Shown here: positions 48,645-58,642 of the stretch, in pieces
Position numbering within the stretch: the first letter of the stretch is position 1
Layout: every line of letters starts with the position of its first letter
Source of the DNA: an uncultured Eisenbergiella sp.
GTDB lineage: Bacteria > Bacillota > Clostridia > Lachnospirales > Lachnospiraceae
Direction of reading: 5' to 3'
Assembly (NCBI GenBank): GCA_947627215.1
Contig: CANQVD010000018.1
Span: 6,250-70,249, forward strand
DNA length: 64,000 nucleotides
Translations under genes and position numbers: made by a program
The notes under the pieces: generated by a model
The model's input: only the letters and a program-made list of their open reading frames with translations
Told to the model about the DNA's origin: nothing
The model's database searches: none

Positions 48645-49934
48645 TCACGCATTCTGCGTCAACGCTTCCCCGCTGCCCAGGTTGCAGGCGATCTCTCCTT
48701 CCAGCTCCAGCTTCAGCACCGTGGTCAGCGGATGCATCTGCATATGCGCCGCCCAGATCCATAAGGTCCCCGCGATGCCCTCCCACGGAATGGAACCCGT
48801 GTAGGAAAACGCCAATTCCTCTCCCGTGTGCAGGACGGTGACGCGCTTCACCCGTGTCCTGACGCCCTTGACACAGACGTGCTCCGCGGGCCTGTCATAG
48901 AGGAAAAGGTAGATGGTCTTTTTATCCTCCGAAATCGTGCTGCCGCCCAGGAACTGCTGATAGGTCAGCCCCCTGCCGGTATCGTAGACCGCTTCCTCAT
49001 TGTCCCGGATGAACGCGCCCAGATCCTCCAGCACCTTCACCTGCCGCTCATCCAGCGTGCCGTCCTCCTTCGGTCCCACATCCAGCAGCAGATTGCCGCC
49101 CAGCGTCAGGCAGTCGCAGAAAATGCGGATCACCTGTCTGCTGGTCTTATAATCATTGTCAGAAGGCCGGTATCCCCAGGAATCGTTGATCGTGACGCAG
49201 AATTCCCACGGTCCTTTCGGTCCCAGGATCGGGATGCCCTGCTCCGGCGTGGCGTAATCGCCGTAGCCCTGCATCCTCGAATTGCATACCACATCCGGAT
49301 TCAGGGAATGCAGATACGCCCTGAAGGCAGGCATATTCCACTGCGCGGCGCTGCGCTCCCAGTCGCCGTCAAACCACAGAAGATCGATCTTTCCGTAATT
49401 TGTCATCAGCTCCCTGATCTGATCGTTGTTGAACTGCAGAAATTCCTTCCACTTTTCCGGATCCTCCGGGCCGCCCGCGGGAGAGCCGAATACGTCCTTC
49501 AGGCAGTCTTCCGGTTTGGCGCCTTCCGGATAAATGCTGCGGTAGCGCTCATCTGTCCAGTCCAGCAGGGAATAATAAAGCCCCACCTTCAGCCCTGCCT
49601 CCCGCATGGCTTCCACATATTCCTTCACCAGATCCCGACCCGCCGGCGTTTTCTTCACCACGCTCAGGTCGGAATACTTCGTATCGAACAGCGCCACGCC
49701 GTCATGATGCTTGGAAGTCATCACCGCATAGCGCGCCCCGGCGCGCACGAACAGCTCCGCCCAGGCCTTCGGATCATACCGGGAGGCGGTAAATCCCTCA
49801 CACTGCTTCATATAATCCGCATGGGAGATCTGGCCGTTGTGAAAAGACCAGGATTCGGACACGTCTCCCACCGCATAGATCCCGTAATGAATGAAAATAC
49901 CCAGCTTCGCTTTCCGAAACCATTCCTGCATCAT
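48645..49934 (-). CDS. GH29 alpha-L-fucosidase family protein
   Basis: 'KLGIFIHYG', 'TSKHHDG', 'LWFDGDW', 'GGNLLLDVGP'. Confidence 0.88.
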   Translation of the reverse strand: MMQEWFRKAKLGIFIHYGIYAVGDVSESWSFHNGQISHADYMKQCEGFTASRYDPKAWAELFVRAGARYAVMTSKHHDGVALFDTKYSDLSVVKKTPAGRDLVKEYVEAMREAGLKVGLYYSLLDWTDERYRSIYPEGAKPEDCLKDVFGSPAGGPEDPEKWKEFLQFNNDQIRELMTNYGKIDLLWFDGDWERSAAQWNMPAFRAYLHSLNPDVVCNSRMQGYGDYATPEQGIPILGPKGPWEFCVTINDSWGYRPSDNDYKTSRQVIRIFCDCLTLGGNLLLDVGPKEDGTLDERQVKVLEDLGAFIRDNEEAVYDTGRGLTYQQFLGGSTISEDKKTIYLFLYDRPAEHVCVKGVRTRVKRVTVLHTGEELAFSYTGSIPWEGIAGTLWIWAAHMQMHPLTTVLKLELEGEIACNLGSGEALTQNA

Positions 49935-50025
49935 GTCCGTTTCTCTCCCCTTCCCCAAAAAACGTTCCCGGAAGCGTCCGCGTTCCTTTGCACCCGTAAC
50001 GAACGGGACCCCCCCCTCGCTCTTT

Positions 50026-52428
50026 TCACGCCGTAAGGAACGCGACCGTCCCCATATCATTGTCCGCCAGCCGCTCCAGCGCTTCTGAAAGGGCGCCGCC
50101 CTCCATCAGCTCCAGCGCATAGCGAAATTCCCCGAACCCGGACAGATCCATCTTGAAATTGGTCTCCCAGGTATTGTTCATGATCCAGCTATAGACAGGC
50201 CGCCGGTTGTTCTCCTCTTTCCCGTCGCACAGCACGATGGGATGGTGCTCCATCTGTCCCATATACAAAAGCGGCGTATCCAGCGCGCTGATCAGCACAT
50301 TCCTTTCCGGCATATGATACAGAACGCCCTGATCGGCCATATAATACTCCATGTTGGTGCCCGGAAGCTGGTCGATGCCCGGCCGCATGGGGACGCCGCC
50401 GTTTCGAATGTAAAGCGCCGCGTCCGGCAGCGCCAGGGACAGCGGCAGGAAAACGCTCTCGATGTCCTCGCTCAGCAGCTTGGCAATCCGGCAGGTAAAC
50501 TCCACCCGGGGCAGACCCTTGTACAGCTTCAGGATGACGCTGCAAAAACGCGTTCCCGGCAGATCAAAGTCCAGCTCCGCTCTGGAAAAAACAGGCCCAT
50601 TGTCCAGGATCCGGATGTTTTTCAGGACGCCCTGATGCCGCACCGCGTGCAGGCCCCGGACGTTCCGCCCCAGGCGGTTCCTCTCGCCGTAGGCGTCGCC
50701 CCGGACCGTCGTCCGCTCCAGGATCGGCGTGAAAAAGGTCTCCAAGCCGCCCTTCAGAAGCTCCGTCCCCCGTTTTTTATCAAAAAAGGAAGTGATCCCC
50801 TCCCCGATCCGGTATCCGATCCGGAACCAGTCGTTCTCCAGCCCGTAAGGCAGCTTCCAGGATTCGGTATCGTAGCCGTTGACGATATCCCGGACCCGGT
50901 CCGCGCCGACCCAGGCGGTGCGGCTGTAGAGTCCCTTCGGCTCCCACGGCTGTTCTTCATATCGGAAGGTCTTCTCTTCCAGCGCTTCAAATTCCGCCAG
51001 AAAGCTCACCAGCACTCCTCTGGGATGTGCGCTGATCTGCGCCCGAAGCTCCTCCCCGGTCTTTTCATCCGTCACCTTCACCGCGCGGAGGTTTCCCGAT
51101 TCCACATAGAACTCCACCGGCAGCGTCCGCCGCTGACGGCTCATGGAAACCGCCTTCACCCGCCCGGAATGATCGTAATAGCGCAGCCGGTCCCCCAGGC
51201 GATGGCACAGCTCAATCTTTCGCATCGCCGCGGTCTCGCAGGCCTTCGACGCATAGCCGGTCTTCCGGATGTCCAGATCCGCCACCATCGTATCATAGGG
51301 ATTGCTGATCGTGGAGGAATGGCCCCAGGTGTGCTCCGCGTACAAAAGCGCGCTTTCCTCGCCCTCCTCCAGATGCGCGTTCCACGGTTCCTCACAGTGC
51401 CCAGCCTCCAGCACCTTCCGCTCCAGCACATCCCCGATATGGAACAGCCGCAGGGCCTCCCGGTAATGCTTCACCGCGTAGGGCGTGGAGCCCACGCCGT
51501 TTCCCCACCAGTCGTTCATCGCGCCCCGGTACACTGGCGCGTCCGCGGTCTTCTGCCGGATCAGGTCGTACAGCTCCTGCAGCGTCACCATCCGCAGGCG
51601 CAAATGATCCCCATACGCCTCATTGAACGCCCGGACCGTATGCGCGATCCCCGGATTCGCCGGAGCGTTGTCGGAAAAGACGCCGCTGACGCTGGTGATA
51701 TAAAAATCATACGGATAGCCGCTCTGCTCATATTCCTCCACGCTGGCGCAGAGATTTCGATACAGGCTCTCCAGGGGACTGCCCTTCCCGTTTTCGCCGA
51801 AATACCGCTCCGTCATGGAGTTGTCGTACCGGTTGAACACGATGCCCAGAGCGTTCCCGAGATTGTAGTGCTCCCCGTTCCAGACCAGAAGCCGGTCCCC
51901 GTTTTCCCTTTCCCAGAAAAACGGTTTCTGATTCTGATACAGCGGATACATCCCGTGATGGGTATGGATGTTGGTATACAAAAACTCCACGCCGTTATCC
52001 AAAAGCACGTCCCGGGCTCCCAGAGAAATTCCGTTGATATCCGCGTTCATGGCGCACTTCACGGCGATGCCCTCCTGCGCGAAGCGCGCCAGAAGCCCCG
52101 CCGTCTTCCGCCCCAGGATCCCGCAGTCCGCCAGATCGCAGAAATTCAGATAGCTGGCGGAAATGCCGATCCTCCCCCGCTTCACCAGCGAGAAAAAATC
52201 CGCCCGTTCCGCATCATCCGCCTGTTCCAAAAATTTTTCCACGCAGAAAAGCGTCTCGCAGTTCCATTTGAAATGCTTTTCCGGCCCTCCGTCCGAAACG
52301 GCCGCCCTCAGCAGAGCCGTCACGTTCCGGATGTTCTGGACCTGATTGTAGATCACCTGCTCCTGCAGGTCTGTATAGCCGATGTCCGTGTGGGAATGAT
52401 GTACGATATAGATGTTCCTGATATGCAA
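50026..52428 (-). CDS. GH38-like (alpha-mannosidase N-terminal domain) glycoside hydrolase
   Basis: Metal-binding 'HHSHTDIGYT', 'EHTWG', 'NNTWETNF'; TTG start inferred. Confidence 0.7.
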   Translation of the reverse strand: MHIRNIYIVHHSHTDIGYTDLQEQVIYNQVQNIRNVTALLRAAVSDGGPEKHFKWNCETLFCVEKFLEQADDAERADFFSLVKRGRIGISASYLNFCDLADCGILGRKTAGLLARFAQEGIAVKCAMNADINGISLGARDVLLDNGVEFLYTNIHTHHGMYPLYQNQKPFFWERENGDRLLVWNGEHYNLGNALGIVFNRYDNSMTERYFGENGKGSPLESLYRNLCASVEEYEQSGYPYDFYITSVSGVFSDNAPANPGIAHTVRAFNEAYGDHLRLRMVTLQELYDLIRQKTADAPVYRGAMNDWWGNGVGSTPYAVKHYREALRLFHIGDVLERKVLEAGHCEEPWNAHLEEGEESALLYAEHTWGHSSTISNPYDTMVADLDIRKTGYASKACETAAMRKIELCHRLGDRLRYYDHSGRVKAVSMSRQRRTLPVEFYVESGNLRAVKVTDEKTGEELRAQISAHPRGVLVSFLAEFEALEEKTFRYEEQPWEPKGLYSRTAWVGADRVRDIVNGYDTESWKLPYGLENDWFRIGYRIGEGITSFFDKKRGTELLKGGLETFFTPILERTTVRGDAYGERNRLGRNVRGLHAVRHQGVLKNIRILDNGPVFSRAELDFDLPGTRFCSVILKLYKGLPRVEFTCRIAKLLSEDIESVFLPLSLALPDAALYIRNGGVPMRPGIDQLPGTNMEYYMADQGVLYHMPERNVLISALDTPLLYMGQMEHHPIVLCDGKEENNRRPVYSWIMNNTWETNFKMDLSGFGEFRYALELMEGGALSEALERLADNDMGTVAFLTA

Positions 52429-52608
52429 TGCAGAGCCCCCTTCGGTGCGCACCCCGCAGCCCCCTGCTTACGCACCTGACCTAAAGATCTTAACCTGATT
52501 GACGATAACCGGTTTCCATACCATAGAAAATATCATATAGTTTAGTTATCATATAATAACATATATGTTTACTTATATCAAGTTTTTATTAACATTTTCT
52601 GTCGTCAC

Positions 52609-53772
52609 TCAAATATATGTCCCGCTGGTGTCCGCATAGATCTGGGCTTCCTTCTTCACCACGGTGGAATTTCTGATCTTCTCCTGCAAAAGCGCGTAGA
52701 AACGATCATCCGGGAAGTTCTTCACATCCACGGTCTCTCCTGTCCAGGCGCTCAGATGGATCGAATTGGAGATCGTCAGTCCGTTTATGCCCTCTTCCCC
52801 GGGCGCCAGAAGCTTCGTTCCGTTCAAAACAGCGGAAGCGAAATTGTTCAGGATACCCACATGCTGCGCGCCGCCGGAGCCGTCCACGGGGACCGTACAG
52901 TTCCAGCATTCGGGCGAGGCGAACGGCACCGTATTGGTCCTGTTGAACTCCCGCTCCGATATCACGTTGCGGCGGAACAGGATCTGTCCGTTTTCAACCA
53001 CCACTCTGCCCATATCGCAGGCGATCTCCAGGCGGTTCGTGCCGGGCGCTTCTCCGGTGGACGTAATATACTCTCCGGTGGTCCCGCTGTCATATTCCAT
53101 GAACGCCATCACATCGTCTTCCACTTCGATATTATAATATTTCCCGAAATACGCCCTGGCGAAGATCCGATCCGGCATTCCGAACATCCACTGCCACAGA
53201 TCGAGCTGATGCGGATTCTGATTGATCAGCGCGCCGCCGCCCTCGGTCTTCCAGGCAGAACGCCAGGTACTGCTGTCATGATACGCCTGGGGCCGATACC
53301 AGTCTGTGATGATCCAGGTGATCCTTTTGATATGTCCGAGCTCCCCACGGGCGACCATGTCCCGGACCTTCTGGTAAACAGGATTCGTTCTCTGATTATA
53401 CATAATGCCGAACAGCTTTCCGGAAGCGGCCGCAGCCTCGTTCATCTCCCTGACCTGACGCGTATAAACGCCCGCGGGCTTCTCCGTAATCACATGAAGC
53501 CCATGGCGGAACGCCTCTATCGCAAGAGACGGATGATCATAGTGATAAACAGCGATGAGAACTACGTCGCACAGTCCGCTCTCAAACAGCGCCGCGGCAT
53601 GATCGAACACCGGAATCTGCGGGTAAACGCTCCGCAGCGCCTCCCGTCTGGCAGGGGATATATCGCAGACCGCTCCCACTTTCATCGCCGGCACTTTGCC
53701 CTCCATCACATTCCTCACATGGGAAGTCCCCATATTGCCGTAGCCGATGATGCCGATTCGTAATTTGTCCAT
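52609..53772 (-). CDS. Gfo/Idh/MocA-family oxidoreductase
   Basis: Rossmann 'GIIGYGNMG', 'EKPAG', 'GGGALINQNPHQLD'. Confidence 0.92.
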   Translation of the reverse strand: MDKLRIGIIGYGNMGTSHVRNVMEGKVPAMKVGAVCDISPARREALRSVYPQIPVFDHAAALFESGLCDVVLIAVYHYDHPSLAIEAFRHGLHVITEKPAGVYTRQVREMNEAAAASGKLFGIMYNQRTNPVYQKVRDMVARGELGHIKRITWIITDWYRPQAYHDSSTWRSAWKTEGGGALINQNPHQLDLWQWMFGMPDRIFARAYFGKYYNIEVEDDVMAFMEYDSGTTGEYITSTGEAPGTNRLEIACDMGRVVVENGQILFRRNVISEREFNRTNTVPFASPECWNCTVPVDGSGGAQHVGILNNFASAVLNGTKLLAPGEEGINGLTISNSIHLSAWTGETVDVKNFPDDRFYALLQEKIRNSTVVKKEAQIYADTSGTYI

Positions 53773-53838
53773 TTGTACCTCCTTTTTGACCTTTCCCGCC
53801 GCAGGAAGCCGGCGGCCTCGCGGTTCATGAGTAAAGCC

Positions 53839-53867
53839 ATTATAACAAAGTCAACACGACTGTACAA
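53839..53867 (-). promoter_or_regulatory. Sigma-A promoter of the oxidoreductase
   Basis: TTGTAC-17-TATAAT. Confidence 0.65.
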
Positions 53868-53973
53868 CCACTATTTCACGAAAAAAAACATATCATATAT
53901 TCCCGTCCGTTCGTCCGCAGCCTTGGATTCATCCGGATAACCCGCAAAATCCATCATTCTGATCAGAATTCTG

Positions 53974-54001
53974 TTGAATCGTTGAATAAAAATGCTATAA
54001 T
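53974..54001 (+). promoter_or_regulatory. Sigma-A promoter of the GT-C gene
   Basis: TTGAAT-16-TATAAT with extended -10 TG. Confidence 0.6.
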
Positions 54002-54055
54002 ATCATTAGCTTTTCTTCGTCTCAATAACATAATCTGCCAAGGAGTTGGGAAACG

Positions 54056-55470
54056 ATGAGCACACACGAAAATTCCCTGAAGCGTTCCTCAAAAGTCATT
54101 CTGAATACCGTCATATACGGAATCTGCTTTATTTTTACCATATTGTACGCTTCCCTTTTGTTCAGTCACAATATATGGACGGATGAAGCGTTTACGATTC
54201 AGTTACTCAAAAAAACTTGGGCGGAATCATAGCGGGTACTGCTGCTGATGTTCATCCTCCCCTCTATTATATATATTTAAAAGTGTGGTGCAAGATTTTC
54301 GGGAAATCTTTGATCTCAATGAAAACGGCCTCTCTTCTCCCCATGTCCGCGGTTTTATTCTGGGGCGCCGGCGCAATCCAAAAACGCTTCGGCAATGACG
54401 CGGCCCTGTTCTATGCTCTGTTTTTGGCATGTATCCCCTGTACCATGGAGTTTTCCGTACAGATACGCATGTACTCCCTTGCCCTGATGGCGGTCACACT
54501 CTGCGGGATCTACGCATATGATGCTTTTATGGGTGGCCGCTGGCAATCCTTTCTGCTGACGGGTATATGCGGTGTCGTCGCTGCCTATACCCATTATTTT
54601 GCTTTTGTTCCAATTATTATGATTGAAGGATTCCTTTTTATCGCCATTCTGATAAAAGCCCGTAAATCGCTCTTCATGTGGTGTACTATGGCAGCCGGCA
54701 TGATTTTATCGTATCTTCCGTGGTTTCCCTATTTCATCGATCAGGTTACGCGTGTAAACAGCGGCTACTGGATTCCGGAGGTGGACGCAAATTCTGTATG
54801 GGGATATTTTATCTGGACATTTGAACTGGAAATCATTTCCGGAACAGTCTTCTTATTCTTAATCCTCCTGAAATTTCTCAGTATACATAATACGATCGCT
54901 ATCTCTCAAAAAGCCACTCCCCCTAAAATCTACGCATTGCTGTGTATGCTGGTTCCCACCGCGACCATGCTCGCAGGCGTTATCATTTCCGTAAATTCCA
55001 CGCCGATTTACAGAGATCAGTACATTCTTCCATCACTGGGCCTGCTGGCTGTTTTTGTCGGAATCTCTGTGCGTCATTTAAACAGGAAAATAAAGCTGGT
55101 GATCGGCTTATTTTTGATTCTCGTAGGAATATTTCAGTATCGGGAAAGTTTTATTCAGGAATACAAAAGCACGCTCCTGCCGGAAACGGAAGCGTTATTG
55201 GAGGCAAATTTCGGGCCATCCGATTCCATCGTATATAATTGGAAAACCTTCGATTTTATTTATGATGTTCAGTTTCCGGAATATTCTCAGGCCTATATAA
55301 CCGATTTTGACTGGGGAGGAGATTTTGGTACTGTCTGGTTCTTTTATACCGCCAACCAGCCCCAGATGGATCCTGGCATTCTGGAGGCATATGGTCTCGT
55401 CATGGAGCCTGTCGGACATTACGGGATTGAACACAATGAATTCGATATTTACAAAATATACCACCAATAG
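54056..55470 (+). pseudogene. GT-C fold (GT39/PMT-like) membrane glycosyltransferase, frameshifted at an A7 tract
   Basis: 54056-54232 encodes 'IWTDEAFT'; 'DVHPPLYY' lies in another frame; one extra A at 54209-54215 fuses them into 471 aa; AT-rich. Confidence 0.75.
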
Positions 55471-55601
55471 AGATTCGTTTTGATACTCTTATGAAAAGCA
55501 AAAACTGCTGCCGCCAGAATCAGATGATCCTCAGGCCAGGCAACAGTTTTCGTTTTTCTCTGTCAGTTCTGAACCGCTAAGTCCAGTCGTCTGTCAATCT
55601 T

Positions 55602-56192
55602 TTATGGCAAAATCTCCAGCTCCGCTCTTCCGTCCTCGATATGATAGAGCCCGCCCACCACGCGCAGCCCTTTCTCCGCCTCGATCCGACGGATGCCGAG
55701 GCTTTCCTCGATCCTGCGGACGCTGTGGGCCACATTCAGGCAACAGGCACGCAGGGGATCCTTTTCCTCCCCGACGGCCCTGCGGATCTCGTCGGTGATG
55801 AATTTGATGTACCCATCCGGATCGTGATTAAGCGCCGCGTCCACCGCGCCGCAGTGCGTATGCCCCAACACCACGATGAGCTCACAGCCCAAGTGCTCCG
55901 CCGCATATTCGATGCTGCCCAACTGATGATCGTCGATGACGTTGCCCGCAATGCGGATGACGAACAGATCGCCCACCCCCGCCGAAAAAATGGCCTCCGG
56001 AATGACCCTGGAATCGGAACAGGTGACGATGATCGCGTAAGGATGCTGACCGTTTTCAAAGGTCTCCTTCCGGACACTCTGGGAAACATCTCCGATCCCG
56101 GCCTCCGTCTCCAGATACCGGCGGTTGCCCTCCCGCAGCAGCTCCAGCGCCTCTTCGGCGCTCACGCTCCACATTTCTCTGACAGCGCTCAC
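55602..56192 (-). CDS. Beta-class carbonic anhydrase
   Basis: Zn ligands 'CSDSRV' and 'HTHCGA'. Confidence 0.93.
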   Translation of the reverse strand: MSAVREMWSVSAEEALELLREGNRRYLETEAGIGDVSQSVRKETFENGQHPYAIIVTCSDSRVIPEAIFSAGVGDLFVIRIAGNVIDDHQLGSIEYAAEHLGCELIVVLGHTHCGAVDAALNHDPDGYIKFITDEIRRAVGEEKDPLRACCLNVAHSVRRIEESLGIRRIEAEKGLRVVGGLYHIEDGRAELEILP

Positions 56193-56275
56193 CGCATTGT
56201 CCCTCCTTCTTCCATGTCCCGGCCGCTTGCGCGGCTGCTCTGCAGCCCGCCGATCTTCCCGTCAGGGCGCCGCTC

Positions 56276-57910
56276 TCACTGCCTGCTGTCCTGAATGGCG
56301 AAAGCGATATTGGTGGCGTGATCCGCCACCCGCTCCAGTCCGGAAATCAGATCGGAATAAAGCATCCCGGCGACCGGCGTGCATTTTTTCTTCGTAAGGC
56401 GCTTCAAATGGCGCTCCTGCAGTTCCCTTTCTTTCTCATCGATGGCATCCTCCAGACGCTGCACATCCGCCATATGCTCTTCCGAACGGGTGACGAACAT
56501 CTCCACCGAATACCGGATAATATCGTTGACCATATCCATCATCTGGCCCAGCTCCCGCAGCGCGGATTTGGAAAAGACCGCGCCGGTCTCCAGACGGCGT
56601 CTGGCCGCGTCCGCGATGTTCTCTGCGTGGTCACCGATCCGCTCGATATCGTTCACCACATGGAACAGCGCGCCCAGGCTCTTTAAGTCCTCGATGGGCA
56701 GGGTGGACTGGTTGATCTTGACCAGATAATTGGTGATGGCGTGATTCAGGAAATTGATATTTTCCTCTACCTTATAGACCTCCTGAATGTCCTCCTCATC
56801 CAGCGTCACCAGCGCGTTCATGGCCCGGTTCAGGTTCTCGCTGGCCAGCTCCGCCATGCGCTGCAGCTCGTTGACCGCCTCCACCACGGCCGTGGCCGGA
56901 TTGAACACCACCTTATCACCGATGTACTGCAGGGCATAGCTTTCGTGATAGTTGAACTTCTGCTCATCGCCGGGCACCAACAGATAGGTAAGGCGCACCA
57001 GCCAGCCGGAAAACGGGAACAGCAGGATGACCTGAAAGATCTTGATGCAGGTATGGGCGTTGGCCACGAAACGGCCCGGGTTTTCTCCGGAAAGCGCGCC
57101 CAGAAACGCCAGCACATACCGCATGGCAACAAGGAAAATGACCGACATGATGACCGTGCCGATCACATTGAACAGAAAATGGATCAAAGCCGCACGCTTG
57201 GCGTCCTTTTTACCGGTCATGGATGCCAGCAGTGCCGAGCTGCAGGCGCCGATGTTGCAGCCCAGAATGATGAACAGACAGATCGGGAGCTCCAGAAGGC
57301 CCTGATTCGCCATCAGCAGCACGATGCTGACGGTCACAGACGAGCTCTGGATGACGGCGGTGAGCAGGGTCCCCACCACGATGGCCAGAAGCGGATTCGT
57401 CAGGGAATGCAGAAGGGATACGATCTGAGGCATATCCCGCATCCCGGACATGGCGGAGGACATGCCGGACAGCCCCATGAACAGAACGCCGAAGCCCAGC
57501 ACAACGTTGCCCAGCTTCACAACGATCTGCTTCTTCGCGAACATGACGGCCACCACGCCGGCCAACAGAAAGACCGGCGCCCATTCGGAAAGGTTGAAGG
57601 CGACCAGCTGTGAGGTGACGGTGGTACCGATATTGGCCCCCAGGATCACGCCCGCCGCCTGATACAGATTCATCAGGCCGGAGTTTACGAAGCTGACCAC
57701 CATGACCGTGCAGGCCGAGGAGGACTGAATGATGGCGGTGAACACCACGCCCACCAGCATGCCCATCAGACGGTTTTTCGTGAACATCTCCAGGATGCCC
57801 CGCAGCCTGTCACCGGCGGCCTTTTCAATGCTGTCGCTCATCATCCGCATGCCCAGCAAAAACAGGCCCAGGCCACCGGCCAGCGACAATATCATCTCTC
57901 CGATTCCCAT
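56276..57910 (-). CDS. Na+/Pi cotransporter family protein with PhoU domains
   Basis: 'QSSS' repeats, 'GANIGTT', PhoU-like 'DIERIGDHAENI'. Confidence 0.92.
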   Translation of the reverse strand: MGIGEMILSLAGGLGLFLLGMRMMSDSIEKAAGDRLRGILEMFTKNRLMGMLVGVVFTAIIQSSSACTVMVVSFVNSGLMNLYQAAGVILGANIGTTVTSQLVAFNLSEWAPVFLLAGVVAVMFAKKQIVVKLGNVVLGFGVLFMGLSGMSSAMSGMRDMPQIVSLLHSLTNPLLAIVVGTLLTAVIQSSSVTVSIVLLMANQGLLELPICLFIILGCNIGACSSALLASMTGKKDAKRAALIHFLFNVIGTVIMSVIFLVAMRYVLAFLGALSGENPGRFVANAHTCIKIFQVILLFPFSGWLVRLTYLLVPGDEQKFNYHESYALQYIGDKVVFNPATAVVEAVNELQRMAELASENLNRAMNALVTLDEEDIQEVYKVEENINFLNHAITNYLVKINQSTLPIEDLKSLGALFHVVNDIERIGDHAENIADAARRRLETGAVFSKSALRELGQMMDMVNDIIRYSVEMFVTRSEEHMADVQRLEDAIDEKERELQERHLKRLTKKKCTPVAGMLYSDLISGLERVADHATNIAFAIQDSRQ

Positions 57911-58042
57911 TCCGTATCCTCCCGAAAGGCGCCCCCCTCAGACTTCCTGTCCGTTCCGAAAAAAGAGTTCGGGAATATTTTACTTCATTTCCCTGTCACT
58001 TACAATCTTTTTATTCCAGCATTCCCCGGCCGTGCGTAGCCT

Positions 58043-58573
58043 TCAGAGGAACGAAACGTTCTTCTCCATGTCGTATTCGTGCGGCGTCTTTTCCACCGCC
58101 TTATGTCCCAGGGCGATGGCGATCTCGTATTCATACCCCTCCGGGAACCGGAACGCTTTCGCGAAATACTCCTTCTTCTCTCCCAGCATAGCGTCCTTCA
58201 CACAGCCGATGATCAGGCTGCCCAACCCCAGTCCTTCCGCCGCCAGCGCAATGTTCTCCACCGCGATGCCCGCGTCCAGGGCGCTCCAGCCAAAGCCCGC
58301 GTCCCCGCTTAAGATCATCACCGTGGGCGCTTCGTAGTAAAAGTTGTGCGGGAGATCGGAAAGCCCGCGCTGGGCATTCTTCTCCGCCTCCAGCTCCGCC
58401 AGCAGCGGATGGTCCCCGTCCAGCACGGTGATGTGGATCTCCTGCCGGTTGGCCGCGGTGGGCGCCTGCAGGCCCGCGCGCAGCAGGCACTCCATTTCCT
58501 CCTTCGTGAGCTTCTCCGCCGTGTAGCCGCGGGTGGAACTGCGCTTTTCGATTGTCTTCAATACTTCGCTCAT
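58043..58573 (-). CDS. Nitroreductase family protein
   Basis: 'RSSTRGY', 'APTAANRQ', 'AAEGLGLGS'. Confidence 0.9.
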   Translation of the reverse strand: MSEVLKTIEKRSSTRGYTAEKLTKEEMECLLRAGLQAPTAANRQEIHITVLDGDHPLLAELEAEKNAQRGLSDLPHNFYYEAPTVMILSGDAGFGWSALDAGIAVENIALAAEGLGLGSLIIGCVKDAMLGEKKEYFAKAFRFPEGYEYEIAIALGHKAVEKTPHEYDMEKNVSFL

Positions 58574-58642
58574 TTTTTGTCCTCCTTGTCTCATTAAAAA
58601 ATATGGTTTCCATTTCCTGTGCGCTTCGCCCGCCGAGCCCTC

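Noticed and set aside
54209-54216. Canonical -1 slippery heptamer A_AAA_AAC
   Set aside because: The heptamer is out of phase with the upstream reading frame (codons read CTC AAA AAA ACT), so classic tandem slippage is not supported.
56189-56197. ATG-CGG-TGA mini-ORF overlapping the carbonic anhydrase start
   Set aside because: Too short to distinguish from chance, with no supporting structure.
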